In this document: positions 28,640-38,000 of the stretch, one piece after another | Layout of the letters: each line of letters starts with the position of its first letter | Position numbering within the stretch: the first letter of the stretch is position 1 | Source of the DNA: a virus | Lineage: Duplodnaviria > Caudoviricetes | Reading direction: 5' to 3' (one strand) | IMG/VR virus record: IMGVR_UViG_3300012349_000006 | Coordinates: 1-58,164 of that record | DNA: 58,164 bases | Notes under the pieces: generated by a model | Seen by the model: only the letters and a program-made list of their open reading frames with translations | What the model was told of the DNA's origin: nothing | Database searches by the model: none | Position numbers and translations under genes: made by a program

Positions 28640-28834
28640 TTATTTTATGTTGCGCTGCAAAAAGAAAGCTAGCTCTCTTGCAGTATTAGGATATAGTTTA
28701 AATGATGCAGCCTTTTCACCGTTACTGATCCAAACGTGAATACCACCATCGTCTAGAGGCTTCAGTTTCATACTGGAAACATGCTCCAACCCATCATGCT
28801 TGCCAATGTATGTTTCTTTTAGGATCAGGTTCAT
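28640..28834 (-). CDS. hypothetical protein
   Basis: 64-aa ORF, GGAG RBS. Confidence 0.7.
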   Translation of the reverse strand: MNLILKETYIGKHDGLEHVSSMKLKPLDDGGIHVWISNGEKAASFKLYPNTARELAFFLQRNIK

Positions 28835-28862
28835 TGTCTAGCTCCACGATATTGAGAATTAG

Positions 28863-29096
28863 TCATTGCTTAACCTTACAATTAGGACCAAGCACATAAA
28901 TTACAATTATGGTTCTGTCTGCTCCCAAGTGCCAATTCCATTGTATTCTCACACCATCTCCAATCTTTAAGCTAACTTCCGTCATAGCGTCGTATCTCCT
29001 GTGAATAGACCTTGCAGCAAACAAACGTCCCTCGCGCTTCCAATGATGTAGCAGGGACGTTCGAACCCGCTTTGCCAGATATAAAGATGAAGCCAC
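28863..29096 (-). CDS. hypothetical protein
   Basis: 77-aa ORF, GTG start. Confidence 0.5.
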   Translation of the reverse strand: MASSLYLAKRVRTSLLHHWKREGRLFAARSIHRRYDAMTEVSLKIGDGVRIQWNWHLGADRTIIVIYVLGPNCKVKQ

Positions 29097-29433
29097 ACAT
29101 TAGTTCCAAGCCATCTGAACCAGCCATCGTTATGTGCGGAGCATTCGCATTGGTTTTTCATTTATGATCCTGTAAATTTGTTAAGAACTAAATAAAACAA
29201 TCCTAGAAACATCAGCACAACAATAATTCCTAAAACTGTATCTGCTGTATGCTCTATCATTTTCTAATCCCCACACAATCTAAGATACTTCAATGCATCG
29301 GCATAACTGACTGTCTCCTGAATGATCACAGCCTTAACGCTTGATTGGCTAAACGCTTTAATTTCGCTATCATTTAGCCAAGGTGTTTCGGTATCGTCAA
29401 TCAATAAGATTTTAGTTCTGCGTGATATGATTT

Positions 29434-29682
29434 TCATTTCTTCAGCTTTCTTATTTCTGCTTCAACAGCACTCAAGCATAGTAACCGTTCTGCATTTGCT
29501 TTAGGACCGCCGTAATTTCCTTTAGGAAATACAGGAGCTTTAAACACAGCTTTAACAGCCGCTTCAATTGCAGCATTCCATATCTCTCTACCATATACGC
29601 TTTGTGTGCTCCCAACCATCTTTCCAATGTCCACATCTTTAAGCTTTGCTTTGCAAACATCGTCTAAGCTATCATCTGTCAT
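29434..29682 (-). CDS. hypothetical protein
   Basis: IWNAAIEAA..AEIRKLK motif common in small phage proteins; GAGGA RBS. Confidence 0.7.
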   Translation of the reverse strand: MTDDSLDDVCKAKLKDVDIGKMVGSTQSVYGREIWNAAIEAAVKAVFKAPVFPKGNYGGPKANAERLLCLSAVEAEIRKLKK

Positions 29683-29729
29683 TTCTTCATCCTCTTTTCA
29701 TCTTGCACCAATTGATTGAATTAGGCCAA

Positions 29730-29952
29730 TAGATATCTACTTTTTCTATCTAACCCCTAAGTCCTTGTTTTTACTCTCTATCTAATATATCTAATATAAC
29801 TAATAGAGAGAGAAAGAGGCTTAGGGACAGGCTCTAGAGTGCCTTTAGCGACCATTAGATATTTATTTTGTTAGATATCCGATATCTAATAGCTTTTTCA
29901 AGCACTTAACCCCAAAAAGACCCCATTAGATATGCCTTTTGCCATTAGATAT
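29730..29952. repeat. iteron-like repeats, candidate replication origin
   Basis: TATCTAATA tandem at 29779-29805; CCATTAGATAT at 29852, 29923 and 29942; inverted copies at 29871/29882; non-coding, just downstream of the primase gene. Confidence 0.7.
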
Positions 29953-29957
29953 TTGGA

Positions 29958-32267
29958 TTATTGTACGTCCAAAATGCTCAAATCAGCCAACGCAAAGCAA
30001 CGCTGAGAAGTGCCGTACTTGTCATTAGTCCAAACCTTTCCAAGCTCTCTCATTCTATCAGCATCAACTAAGTTTTGAATTGCGCGTTTCATCGCAATGG
30101 TTGCGCCTGACTTATCATTGCGAAATGCAGAAGCAGCAGCCAAACGCTTATTCAAATAAGCATAAGGAATAACCTTATCGTTGTGCATCGGCTGCGACTT
30201 GAACTGCATATATTTTTCAACTCTCTCATATGGAGAAACAATGTAATCCTTAATTACCCGCAAAATTTCTTGTGCTTGCTTGATCTCAAACGAGTTGCTC
30301 CCGATTTCGCCAGCCTCAAAGCGTTCTGTCAAAGCCTTAATGTCAGCTTGAACTAAGTTAGCTGCCCATCGCATAGCATCAGCAGATATTGTGGGCTCAA
30401 GCATGTTTTCTCCAACAGCAATCAACGCCGAAAGCTTTAGCACTTTAACATGCGCTCTATTCCAAAGCTGCCTGATTACGTCTTTATTTGAACCATTAAT
30501 TCTACCATCTGAGTATTTGTCAAAGTCATGAAGTAGCTTGGTTGCTTCAGAACTTTGCTGCACATTAATAACACGGCGCGGATTTGAATGATTGATAGTC
30601 TCACATTGCGCGGCTAATGCTGCAAGTCTTTCGATTAAGCTAAAGCTAGGTATGACTGTTGTATGATGCTCATTTAACGGCGGTCTAATGCCCTTGTACT
30701 CGATCAACAGAAAACGCGGTAACAAGCCTTCAGCTATCATGTCTTCATTCAAGATACCATAAAAACGCTCTGGTGTGCTTTCACCAATGAAGCTAACAGC
30801 AGGAGACGGAATAGAAGACGTACTATCTTCTTTCTTGGCATATGCCGATGCAGCTAAATTACGACTTGCGCCTGACTTATTGTATAGATCAAGGATCATG
30901 CGACGTAACGAAACTTCAGCACCATTAGCATTAGGTGACGATAGCTGTTGCAGCCTTAAGCCAAACTCGCCAAGCAAGCTAACAAACGATTGAGATATAT
31001 TAGCAAGATGTTTGATCATTGCTGTACCAGACGATATTTCACCGGGACCAATGAAAGTTGTGGATGTAGGTACTTGCATTTTTATTGTAGCCATTAACTT
31101 GTCAATACCTTCAGCCGCCGCTTCCTTACCGGCTCCTGTCATCGCCAGCAGCAGCACATATTGATTTAATCCTGTGCCTGATATATTATAGGCTCTGCCA
31201 CAAATGCCAGCCATCAAGCCTATCGCAGCAGCTAGGGCTACCTCTGGTACAGGTCTAGGTGCAGCTTGATAAATGAATTGCGCGATTTCGCCTAGTAAGC
31301 CTGTTGGTAAATTCGGTACAGGATCAGGAGCAGCAGAGTTTGCCTTTACTGACGGTAGCTCCATTGGTAGCGTAGGCTCTAGCTCCTTTGCTAGCTTAAG
31401 CTCTAGCGCATTCTTCATTCCATCAAAGTCTATGTTTGGTAGCATACGGTCGAATGACCGATGTATCATACTGTTTACATAATCTTTACGTTTAGCTTTG
31501 TCTCTCCTGCCAAGTTGTGAGCTAGCAAAAATTCTTGTAATTTGGTTTTTGTTTTGCGTGTAGAAGCTGATAATATCAATAATGGCGAAGTCTGCTTCGG
31601 ATTGAGACTGATACACACTTTGCCAGTCACCACTATAAAGCTGCTTAAATTTTTCTCCATTAACGGCATTGGTAGCTTGAGTAATGATTTCTTCATCTGT
31701 CTTGGTTTCCTTTTCATCCCCTTTATACAAAGATTGAGCTACAGGACCGCTACCCATCTGTTCCCACAATTGAGTTAGCAGCGATTGCCTTTCATTAATT
31801 ACAGTTTTGTGATTATAAACGTTGCCGGTCATTGTCGCGTAACGTTGCGACGGATAAATTTCTATCTTGCTCCTACGCCGTCCTGCTGGTACAGTTCCTT
31901 TAACAATTATGTGCAGCCCTTTGCCAGATGGGCTAACTTCAGAATAGCTGTCAAACTCGTGGTAGACTTTCAAATGACGCTGTAATATAGCATCGTCGCC
32001 TTCAGCGTCGTCTAGATCAATGAAAGAGTAAGGGTCTTGATCAGTAAATACAAACCCCAACCCGCTATAGCTACTGTTGCCCAACCTGCTAACACACTCG
32101 CTAAATGTGCTAAACGTTGCTTTCTCGTTAACATTAGCTAATGCTCCGCTAGTAGAATAAGGCACCTTTGTAGGTTTTGCTGCGCCAACATCTTCATACT
32201 TCCACACTACCCATTGTTTGAGCGCGCGAAGTTCTTCAGGGATATTCTGAAATAAGTTACCACTCAT
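29958..32267 (-). CDS. primase-polymerase (NrS-1-like AEP) fused to a DUF3987-like helicase-type domain
   Basis: QWVVW..KVPY, GLGFVF..FIDLD, SEVSPSGKGLHI, IEIY..RYATMTG; SQSEAD helical bundle; AMTGAGKE P-loop, GLLPRF. Confidence 0.88.
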   Translation of the reverse strand: MSGNLFQNIPEELRALKQWVVWKYEDVGAAKPTKVPYSTSGALANVNEKATFSTFSECVSRLGNSSYSGLGFVFTDQDPYSFIDLDDAEGDDAILQRHLKVYHEFDSYSEVSPSGKGLHIIVKGTVPAGRRRSKIEIYPSQRYATMTGNVYNHKTVINERQSLLTQLWEQMGSGPVAQSLYKGDEKETKTDEEIITQATNAVNGEKFKQLYSGDWQSVYQSQSEADFAIIDIISFYTQNKNQITRIFASSQLGRRDKAKRKDYVNSMIHRSFDRMLPNIDFDGMKNALELKLAKELEPTLPMELPSVKANSAAPDPVPNLPTGLLGEIAQFIYQAAPRPVPEVALAAAIGLMAGICGRAYNISGTGLNQYVLLLAMTGAGKEAAAEGIDKLMATIKMQVPTSTTFIGPGEISSGTAMIKHLANISQSFVSLLGEFGLRLQQLSSPNANGAEVSLRRMILDLYNKSGASRNLAASAYAKKEDSTSSIPSPAVSFIGESTPERFYGILNEDMIAEGLLPRFLLIEYKGIRPPLNEHHTTVIPSFSLIERLAALAAQCETINHSNPRRVINVQQSSEATKLLHDFDKYSDGRINGSNKDVIRQLWNRAHVKVLKLSALIAVGENMLEPTISADAMRWAANLVQADIKALTERFEAGEIGSNSFEIKQAQEILRVIKDYIVSPYERVEKYMQFKSQPMHNDKVIPYAYLNKRLAAASAFRNDKSGATIAMKRAIQNLVDADRMRELGKVWTNDKYGTSQRCFALADLSILDVQ

Positions 32268-32323
32268 AAACGATTTGCCGCCCCAACAATTAACGCAACA
32301 GTGCCAAGCTTTAATTTTTTAAA

Positions 32324-32512
32324 TTATTTTGCTAGCTTAATTTCAGCCGCTAATGCTTCTCTATAAACACGCTTTGTTACTTGCGCGATAGATAACCGTT
32401 GGTTTAGTCGCTTCTCTAATAATGCGCGAAGCTGCTCAATGCCGACGGCGTCATCGCCGGTAATGCTGATGTTGACGCGCGGTTCTTTAATGGTTTCTGA
32501 ATTTTCTGTCAT
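32324..32512 (-). CDS. small putative transcriptional regulator
   Basis: MTENSETIKEPRVNISI.. strand-helix-helix pattern; TTGACA upstream at 32543-32548. Confidence 0.55.
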   Translation of the reverse strand: MTENSETIKEPRVNISITGDDAVGIEQLRALLEKRLNQRLSIAQVTKRVYREALAAEIKLAK

Positions 32513-32562
32513 GACAAGCACGGTTATCCCAAGAAAAAATTTTGTCAATGACGTTTTGACGC

Positions 32563-32590
32563 TTGACTGCTTTTTTCCAACGTGTAAGCT
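32563..32590 (+). promoter_or_regulatory. promoter of the rightward replication operon (divergent pair)
   Basis: TTGACT-N16-TAAGCT, back-to-back with a leftward TTGACA. Confidence 0.55.
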
Positions 32591-32734
32591 TTTCAATGTT
32601 GAAGGGATCGGCGGATCGAAACGCACACATAGGAGCAACATCATGCTGCTTTGAGCGAAAGCAAAAAAGATGGGGTAGCATCACCACTCCTGCCCCATCA
32701 TTTCAATTTAATGATTAATGATGGAATAAATAGA

Positions 32735-32920
32735 ATGTCTAAAAAGCCACACTACAGAGTTGGCACATTAAACAAGCTTACTGATGAAAAAGGTACTGTT
32801 GGAGGAGCTTGGATTAATGATGATTAAACCATTTCAATTGTATTAAATCCTTTTGTGAAGCTTGAAGCAAAAGACATGCTGATAACCCTATTCCCAACCA
32901 AGGAAAGCAATAATGCCTGA
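32735..32920 (+). pseudogene. small gene interrupted by an in-frame TAA at 32825-32827
   Basis: MSKKPHYRVGTLNKLTDEKGTVGGAWINDD*TISIVLNPFVKLEAKDMLITLFPTKESNNA; the frame continues and couples to the next gene. Confidence 0.65.
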
Positions 32921-33299
32921 TATCCGCGATACTCTGAATGCATTAGATGAAGCTGATAAGCGTCTCTATGCTCAAATCCGCACCAGAATGCGCGGAGCCT
33001 ACTTGCAAGCTCTTGTAGAGGTTGTAGGTATTCATGAGCATAATGTACATGATGATGCTTTCCTTGATTTAATTGACATCAAGGTTGCCACTCTCTTTGA
33101 TCGCGGCGGTAGGTTTGATGCCATTACTGGCAAGCTTCATACTGAAACTGCTGATAAGATTGAAGCTGAAGTTAAAGAGGAAGGAAACATCTCAAAGAGC
33201 CAAGCTGTGCTAAATTCATATGCTGGTAATGGACAGAAAGAATTAAAAGTAGAACAGATGGATAAGCCTTGGCCTAAGCGGGAAGCTGCACATGAATAA
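32913..33299 (+). CDS. hypothetical protein
   Basis: 128-aa ORF, AAGGA RBS. Confidence 0.8.
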   Translation: MPDIRDTLNALDEADKRLYAQIRTRMRGAYLQALVEVVGIHEHNVHDDAFLDLIDIKVATLFDRGGRFDAITGKLHTETADKIEAEVKEEGNISKSQAVLNSYAGNGQKELKVEQMDKPWPKREAAHE

Positions 33300-33810
33300 T
33301 CAAACACCTTGGCCTAATGCTCCTGTAGCAACCCCTTGGCCTTCAACTCCTAGCAATCCTTTGGATGCTATGAGTGAAGATCAATTATTGATGCTGTGGG
33401 ATGAAAATAAAAAAGCTATTGAAATAGCTAAAGAAGCTGAAATGGAATTGCGTAAATATATTGTAGGCCGCGCATTTCCAAAGAAGCAAGAGGGAATGAA
33501 TACGAAAGAGCTAGGTAATGGCTACACTCTCAAAGCTGCTGTTAAGTACAATTACAATTTAGCCGATAACGATATAGTTGAAGGTTGTCTCAATAAGATT
33601 GCTGCACTTGGCAACAGTGGAGCATTTATTGCTGATAGATTAGTGTCATGGAAACCAAGTTTCCTCTTGACAGAGTATCGCCAACTTTGCGAAGATAAGG
33701 ACAAGGGAGACAAGGTAGCTGAAAGTATTTTAAATATTGTTACAGAAATGCTAACAATTACTGAAGCTGCTCCTAGTTTGGAAATTAAGGAACCGAAGGC
33801 TAAGAAATGA
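33292..33810 (+). CDS. conserved phage protein of recombination/replication modules
   Basis: AKEAEMELRK..EGMNTKELGNGYTLK..LVSWKPS..APSLEI. Confidence 0.75.
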   Translation: MNNQTPWPNAPVATPWPSTPSNPLDAMSEDQLLMLWDENKKAIEIAKEAEMELRKYIVGRAFPKKQEGMNTKELGNGYTLKAAVKYNYNLADNDIVEGCLNKIAALGNSGAFIADRLVSWKPSFLLTEYRQLCEDKDKGDKVAESILNIVTEMLTITEAAPSLEIKEPKAKK

Positions 33811-33931
33811 ATAAAGCCGATATATGGTATATATTAGCCGGATTTATGGTATGCTTAGGTTTTGGTAATATAATTACAGGGGTATTTATGCTTATACTGA
33901 GTGTTCCGGGCAAATAAGTTGGAATGGGGCA

Positions 33932-34129
33932 ATGGATTTAACTGGATTAAGCTTTAGCGACATAGCCGCTAGAAAAGGCGTTGAAATCATCGTGCGTCAA
34001 GATGGGCTAGTGCTATGGATCAATGTTGATGGAGTGTGTAGGGCTAGGATCATGACCAATGGTTTTATTCCTATTGAGATACTTGACGATAGGAATAAGC
34101 CTAACCCAAGTCCGCATATAGCAGAATAG
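33932..34129 (+). CDS. hypothetical protein
   Basis: 65-aa ORF. Confidence 0.7.
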   Translation: MDLTGLSFSDIAARKGVEIIVRQDGLVLWINVDGVCRARIMTNGFIPIEILDDRNKPNPSPHIAE

Positions 34130-34200
34130 TTAGCAGAACTTGCAATGGGCTGCTAACTAGGTGTGAGAGCAGTTTTGGTATCCTCCTGCTCTCACACCAC
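34127..34200 (+). ncRNA. candidate two-hairpin small RNA with an anti-SD loop
   Basis: IRs TAGTTAGCAG/CTGCTAACTA and GGTGTGAGAGCAG/CTGCTCTCACACC; loop TTTTGGTATCCTC. Confidence 0.5.
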
Positions 34201-34222
34201 TTAATTAAAGAAAGGTTATAAA

Positions 34223-34429
34223 ATGTTTAAGCAATACCGCAGAACGCAAATAGCAGAGATGGCATCATGGGAACCGGGGATGGACATGAAGGATATATCT
34301 ATATCTAATCCGGATAGAGACAATGGCTCCCCAAGAGAAGGCGACATGATAGCGCGCAATCCAAAAAATCACGCTGATCAATGGCTAGTAGCTGCACAGT
34401 ATTTTAACGATAACTTTGAGCCTATGTAA
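34223..34429 (+). CDS. conserved small phage protein
   Basis: GSPREGDMIARNPKNHADQWLVAAQYF. Confidence 0.8.
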   Translation: MFKQYRRTQIAEMASWEPGMDMKDISISNPDRDNGSPREGDMIARNPKNHADQWLVAAQYFNDNFEPM

Positions 34430-35146
34430 ATGGACATAAGGGATTTAAAAGCTGCTGGTGAACATGCTCAAAACTTTGGTGTTAAGGCATTAATTTTTGG
34501 TCCTGCTGGTACAGGCAAAACACCAATTTTGAATACTGCGCCTAGACCTGTATTACTAGCTACTGAAGCTGGTTTACTTTCTATGCGAGGATCAAAAATC
34601 CCCACATATGAGGCTTACACGTCGCAGCGTATTGATGAATTTTTTAAATGGTTTTTCAATTCAACAGAAACTAAAAATTTTGATACACTTGGTATTGATA
34701 GCGGTAGTCAGACTGCCGATGTTTATTTGAACGCTGCTCTAAGTGGTACTAGCAAGTCTGGAAACAAAAAACATGGGATGGCTGCTTATGGTGAAATGGC
34801 GACTAATACAATGGAGCATTTCAGAACATTGTATTATACTCGTTACAAGCATGTATATATGGTTTGCAAAGAAGAAATAGCTGATGTAGAATTTCAGTCT
34901 TTACGCCGTCCATACTTTCCCGGCAAAGTGCTTCCAGTAGACGTTCCACACTTGTATGATTTTATTTTAAGATTAGCTAAATCCAATGTACCTGGTTTTA
35001 ATGGAGAAACACTAGCGTTTCAATGTAACGGTAATATGAATGTACTAGCTCGCAACAGAACAGGTAACTTAAATGATTTTGAACCGCCTGACTTTGGATT
35101 GCTAGTTCAAAAGGCAATGACGGCACCACCTATAATGATGTATTGA
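34430..35146 (+). CDS. Sak4-like AAA ATPase/recombinase
   Basis: KALIFGPAGTGKT, TEAGLLS, TLGIDS, ARNRTG. Confidence 0.85.
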   Translation: MDIRDLKAAGEHAQNFGVKALIFGPAGTGKTPILNTAPRPVLLATEAGLLSMRGSKIPTYEAYTSQRIDEFFKWFFNSTETKNFDTLGIDSGSQTADVYLNAALSGTSKSGNKKHGMAAYGEMATNTMEHFRTLYYTRYKHVYMVCKEEIADVEFQSLRRPYFPGKVLPVDVPHLYDFILRLAKSNVPGFNGETLAFQCNGNMNVLARNRTGNLNDFEPPDFGLLVQKAMTAPPIMMY

Positions 35147-35147
35147 A

Positions 35148-35330
35148 ATGGGTAAATATGCCAGCAAACTAATTGACATTGCGGCTGAAAAGAAAGGCGA
35201 GACTAAATTAGCATTTCGCTTATATGATGGCAATAAGACAGAATGGGTTCCAAAATCTTATTGTGAAGAAAATGATGATGGAACCTTTACAATGGAAGAA
35301 TGGCTAGCAAAGGAAAAGGGGTTTATCTAA
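35148..35330 (+). CDS. hypothetical protein
   Basis: EWVPKS..MEEWLAKEKGFI motif seen in small phage proteins. Confidence 0.75.
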   Translation: MGKYASKLIDIAAEKKGETKLAFRLYDGNKTEWVPKSYCEENDDGTFTMEEWLAKEKGFI

Positions 35331-35575
35331 TGGCTGAAACAAAAGCATGTAACTTGACTGAAGCTGAAATAAAGCGGCTAATTTTTTATCATGGATGGGA
35401 TTTGAGTTCTGAATACAATCTTGACGGTAGTGACATTAATGATAGGATAGAGCGCATAAACTATCTGCACAAACGTTTAAAAACTTTTTCAGAACCGGCA
35501 GAAGAAAAGTCAACAGCAGTGGCAAATGAAGCCAAGCCTACTGCACAAGGATGGGGAGCACCTTCAAATGGCTAA
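35330..35575 (+). CDS. hypothetical protein
   Basis: TAATG-coupled start at 35330. Confidence 0.7.
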   Translation: MAETKACNLTEAEIKRLIFYHGWDLSSEYNLDGSDINDRIERINYLHKRLKTFSEPAEEKSTAVANEAKPTAQGWGAPSNG

Positions 35576-35843
35576 ATCAAAAAAGCATAGCCTTGCGGCT
35601 AAGAAAGCAGCTACAAAAGCTTGGGCAACGAGGCGCAAGAATAAGGCGACTGCTGCTAAAATTGATATGCTTAGCATCACTGATTATAAACCATTAGACG
35701 GTCCCCTTTTAGAAATTAATGCTGAAGTTAACAGCAATCCAGAGCCGGAACCGGCTGTAGGTAGCTTAGCATTTTATAGCATACGCGAAACAATTAAAGA
35801 GATGGAAGATTTAGTTGCTCGCTTACGCTCACTGGTAGGATAG
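35568..35843 (+). CDS. hypothetical protein with basic N-terminus
   Basis: SLAAKKAATKAWATRRKNK; GGAG RBS. Confidence 0.7.
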   Translation: MAKSKKHSLAAKKAATKAWATRRKNKATAAKIDMLSITDYKPLDGPLLEINAEVNSNPEPEPAVGSLAFYSIRETIKEMEDLVARLRSLVG

Positions 35844-35879
35844 AATATTTTAACATCGTAAAGGAAAAGGATTAAATCT

Positions 35880-36554
35880 ATGCAAATGCCCGGTAGCTTT
35901 AACGCTAATCAGTTTGAACCAAATCAAGGCACGAGTGGTCATCCTCCTGCTTTAAAAATTCCATTCACCATCACAGCTACAGCTATTGTAGAGAATGCTA
36001 GCAAGGACGGTGGATTTTTCCAAGTTGATCTTACGTCGCAGCTTGGTACTCAAATTGCTAGGTACAACGTTTGGAATAAATCACCAAAGGCTGTTGAAAT
36101 TGCTCATGGTCAATTATCAGCACTTTGTCGCGCTATTGGTATCTATAACATTGATTGGGGTAATGAGGGTGCTGCATTGCGCGGCGGCAAAGGTTTAATG
36201 GACATTGGTTATCAAAAAGGCGAAGAACCAACAGCAGAAAAGCCTACCGGCGGATATACCGAATTGAAGAAGGTGTATGACGCTGCTGGTAATGAGCCGG
36301 GCAAGCCTATGCAGCAACAGCAGCCAATGCAACAGCAACCGCAAACCACGCCACAGCAGCAGCCTCTACAGCAGCAGCCGGGAGGCGGTTGGGGTAATCC
36401 GCCTCAAGCCGCGCCAGCTAACCAGCAGCAGCCCCAAGGCTGGCAGGGACAACCGCAGCCGCAGCCCGGTCCTGTCCAGCAACAGGCACCGGGGCAAGCT
36501 TGGCAACCCGGCAACGCTCCACAGGGCCAAACGCCACCTTGGGGCAATCGCTAA
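35880..36554 (+). CDS. single-stranded DNA-binding protein (DUF669-like) with Q/P-rich tail
   Basis: FNANQFEP, YNVWNKSPKAVEIAHGQLSALCRAIG, ends PPWGNR; in the same operon as the Sak4-like ATPase. Confidence 0.8.
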   Translation: MQMPGSFNANQFEPNQGTSGHPPALKIPFTITATAIVENASKDGGFFQVDLTSQLGTQIARYNVWNKSPKAVEIAHGQLSALCRAIGIYNIDWGNEGAALRGGKGLMDIGYQKGEEPTAEKPTGGYTELKKVYDAAGNEPGKPMQQQQPMQQQPQTTPQQQPLQQQPGGGWGNPPQAAPANQQQPQGWQGQPQPQPGPVQQQAPGQAWQPGNAPQGQTPPWGNR

Positions 36555-36596
36555 TTTCAACACCATAAGACTAACATAATCGGTGTTGATAACCTT

Positions 36597-36632
36597 GGGC
36601 TGCTAATAGCTGTACTGTTAGCAGCCCTTTTT
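36597..36632 (+). terminator. intrinsic terminator
   Basis: GGGCTGCTAATAG-CTGTA-CTGTTAGCAGCCC-TTTTT. Confidence 0.8.
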
Positions 36633-36646
36633 ATAGAAAATTTAAA

Positions 36647-37513
36647 ATGATCAATCTTAGCATTCCCACAGATAGAGACAGGTTAGCTGAATTTATTCAG
36701 GATGATATTAATGAGTTCTGTTCTACTTTCTATGAAAGCGGACACAGAAAGCATTTAGGTGCATCGGAGCTAGGCGAAGAATGCTGGCGCAAACTATGGT
36801 ATGGTTTCAGGTGGACTAAGCTTGATGTTCGTGATGGTAGGATACTGAGACTATTTAATGTCGGCCATCAGGCAGAGCCAAGATTTATTTCTTATCTTCG
36901 CGGTATAGGATTTGAAGTTAGAGAGTTTGAAGATGAAGAAACAAAAAAACAATTTCGGATTGTCGGCGCTAAGGGACACTATGGCGGTAGCTTGGATGGA
37001 ATGTGTAAAGCTCCAATCCGTTATCAATTGTCTGAAGATATCGTATTACTTAATGAGTTTAAAACCAACAATACAGGATCAGGATATACAGCGATAGCTG
37101 AAAAAGAATTAGCAAAATCAAAACCTAAGCACTGGGCGCAAATGTGCCAGTATGGAGCCAAGAAAGGGCTTCGCTATGGCCTGTACATGATCGAAAACAA
37201 GAACGATAGCGATATAACAATTAAAATTGTCGAACTAGATTGGAATTATGGAAAGCAGCTAGAGAAGAAAGCAGAGCAAATTATTTTTGCTAAAGAACCT
37301 CCACCAAAGATTTCAGAAAATCCAGCTTTCTTTAATTGCAAGTTCTGTCATCAAGCCGGTATCTGCCATCGTGGCGAGCAACCGGAAAAGAATTGCAGGA
37401 GTTGTAGGCAGGCTGTTCCTGTTGAAGATGGGCAATGGAATTGTACATTCCATAATAGTATAATTCCTGATGAATGGATCAAGAAAGGTTGCGATCAATG
37501 GCTACCGATATAA
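36647..37513 (+). CDS. Cas4/RecB-like PD-(D/E)XK exonuclease with Fe-S-type cysteines
   Basis: HLGASELGEECWRKLWY, GSLDG, EFKT, QMCQY, CKFC..C. Confidence 0.88.
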   Translation: MINLSIPTDRDRLAEFIQDDINEFCSTFYESGHRKHLGASELGEECWRKLWYGFRWTKLDVRDGRILRLFNVGHQAEPRFISYLRGIGFEVREFEDEETKKQFRIVGAKGHYGGSLDGMCKAPIRYQLSEDIVLLNEFKTNNTGSGYTAIAEKELAKSKPKHWAQMCQYGAKKGLRYGLYMIENKNDSDITIKIVELDWNYGKQLEKKAEQIIFAKEPPPKISENPAFFNCKFCHQAGICHRGEQPEKNCRSCRQAVPVEDGQWNCTFHNSIIPDEWIKKGCDQWLPI

Positions 37514-37671
37514 TTGACGAGTTAGATAAAAACTTATTAAGAAAAGTTATTTTTGATCTAAAGGCTTGGCATGGAATGCAGTCTACAGCTAATACTAACG
37601 ATCTGTACAATTCAGCTAGCGCATTATTTAGCTCTAAGTTTGACCCTACTGAATATGACGATGTAGAATGA
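37498..37671 (+). CDS. hypothetical protein
   Basis: Start MATDII with AAGG RBS. Confidence 0.6.
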   Translation: MATDIIDELDKNLLRKVIFDLKAWHGMQSTANTNDLYNSASALFSSKFDPTEYDDVE

Positions 37672-38000
37672 GCAAGAAACAATGGCGTTGTTATTTTTGC
37701 GATGAAGTTTTTACTAGCAAAGATAAAGCTGCTCAACATTTTGGAGTATTCGAAGCCTGCGAAGCTGACGAACCGGCTTGTAAATTAATGCAGCACCAAG
37801 AACGATTTATAGAATATGTTCGCGGATTAGAGCGAGAGATAAGGTTATATCAAGACGAAAATCAACCACTTCAACGGGCAATGTGGGATTTAGAAAGCAC
37901 CATTCGAGATAAAGTAAACCAAGCTGAAGAAAAGGGATATAACAAAGGCGTTCAAGATATGATTAAACAAGGCTATTGTGTTGAACCGGCAAAGCACTAA
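37668..38000 (+). CDS. zinc-finger coiled-coil protein
   Basis: WRCYFCDEVF..AAQHFG. Confidence 0.75.
   Translation: MSKKQWRCYFCDEVFTSKDKAAQHFGVFEACEADEPACKLMQHQERFIEYVRGLEREIRLYQDENQPLQRAMWDLESTIRDKVNQAEEKGYNKGVQDMIKQGYCVEPAKH

Noticed and set aside
32825-32827. Stop-codon reassignment of TAA
   Set aside because: TAA terminates many genes normally, and long genes are intact in the standard code
36300-36545. CAG-rich repeat array
   Set aside because: It encodes the low-complexity Q/P tail of the SSB
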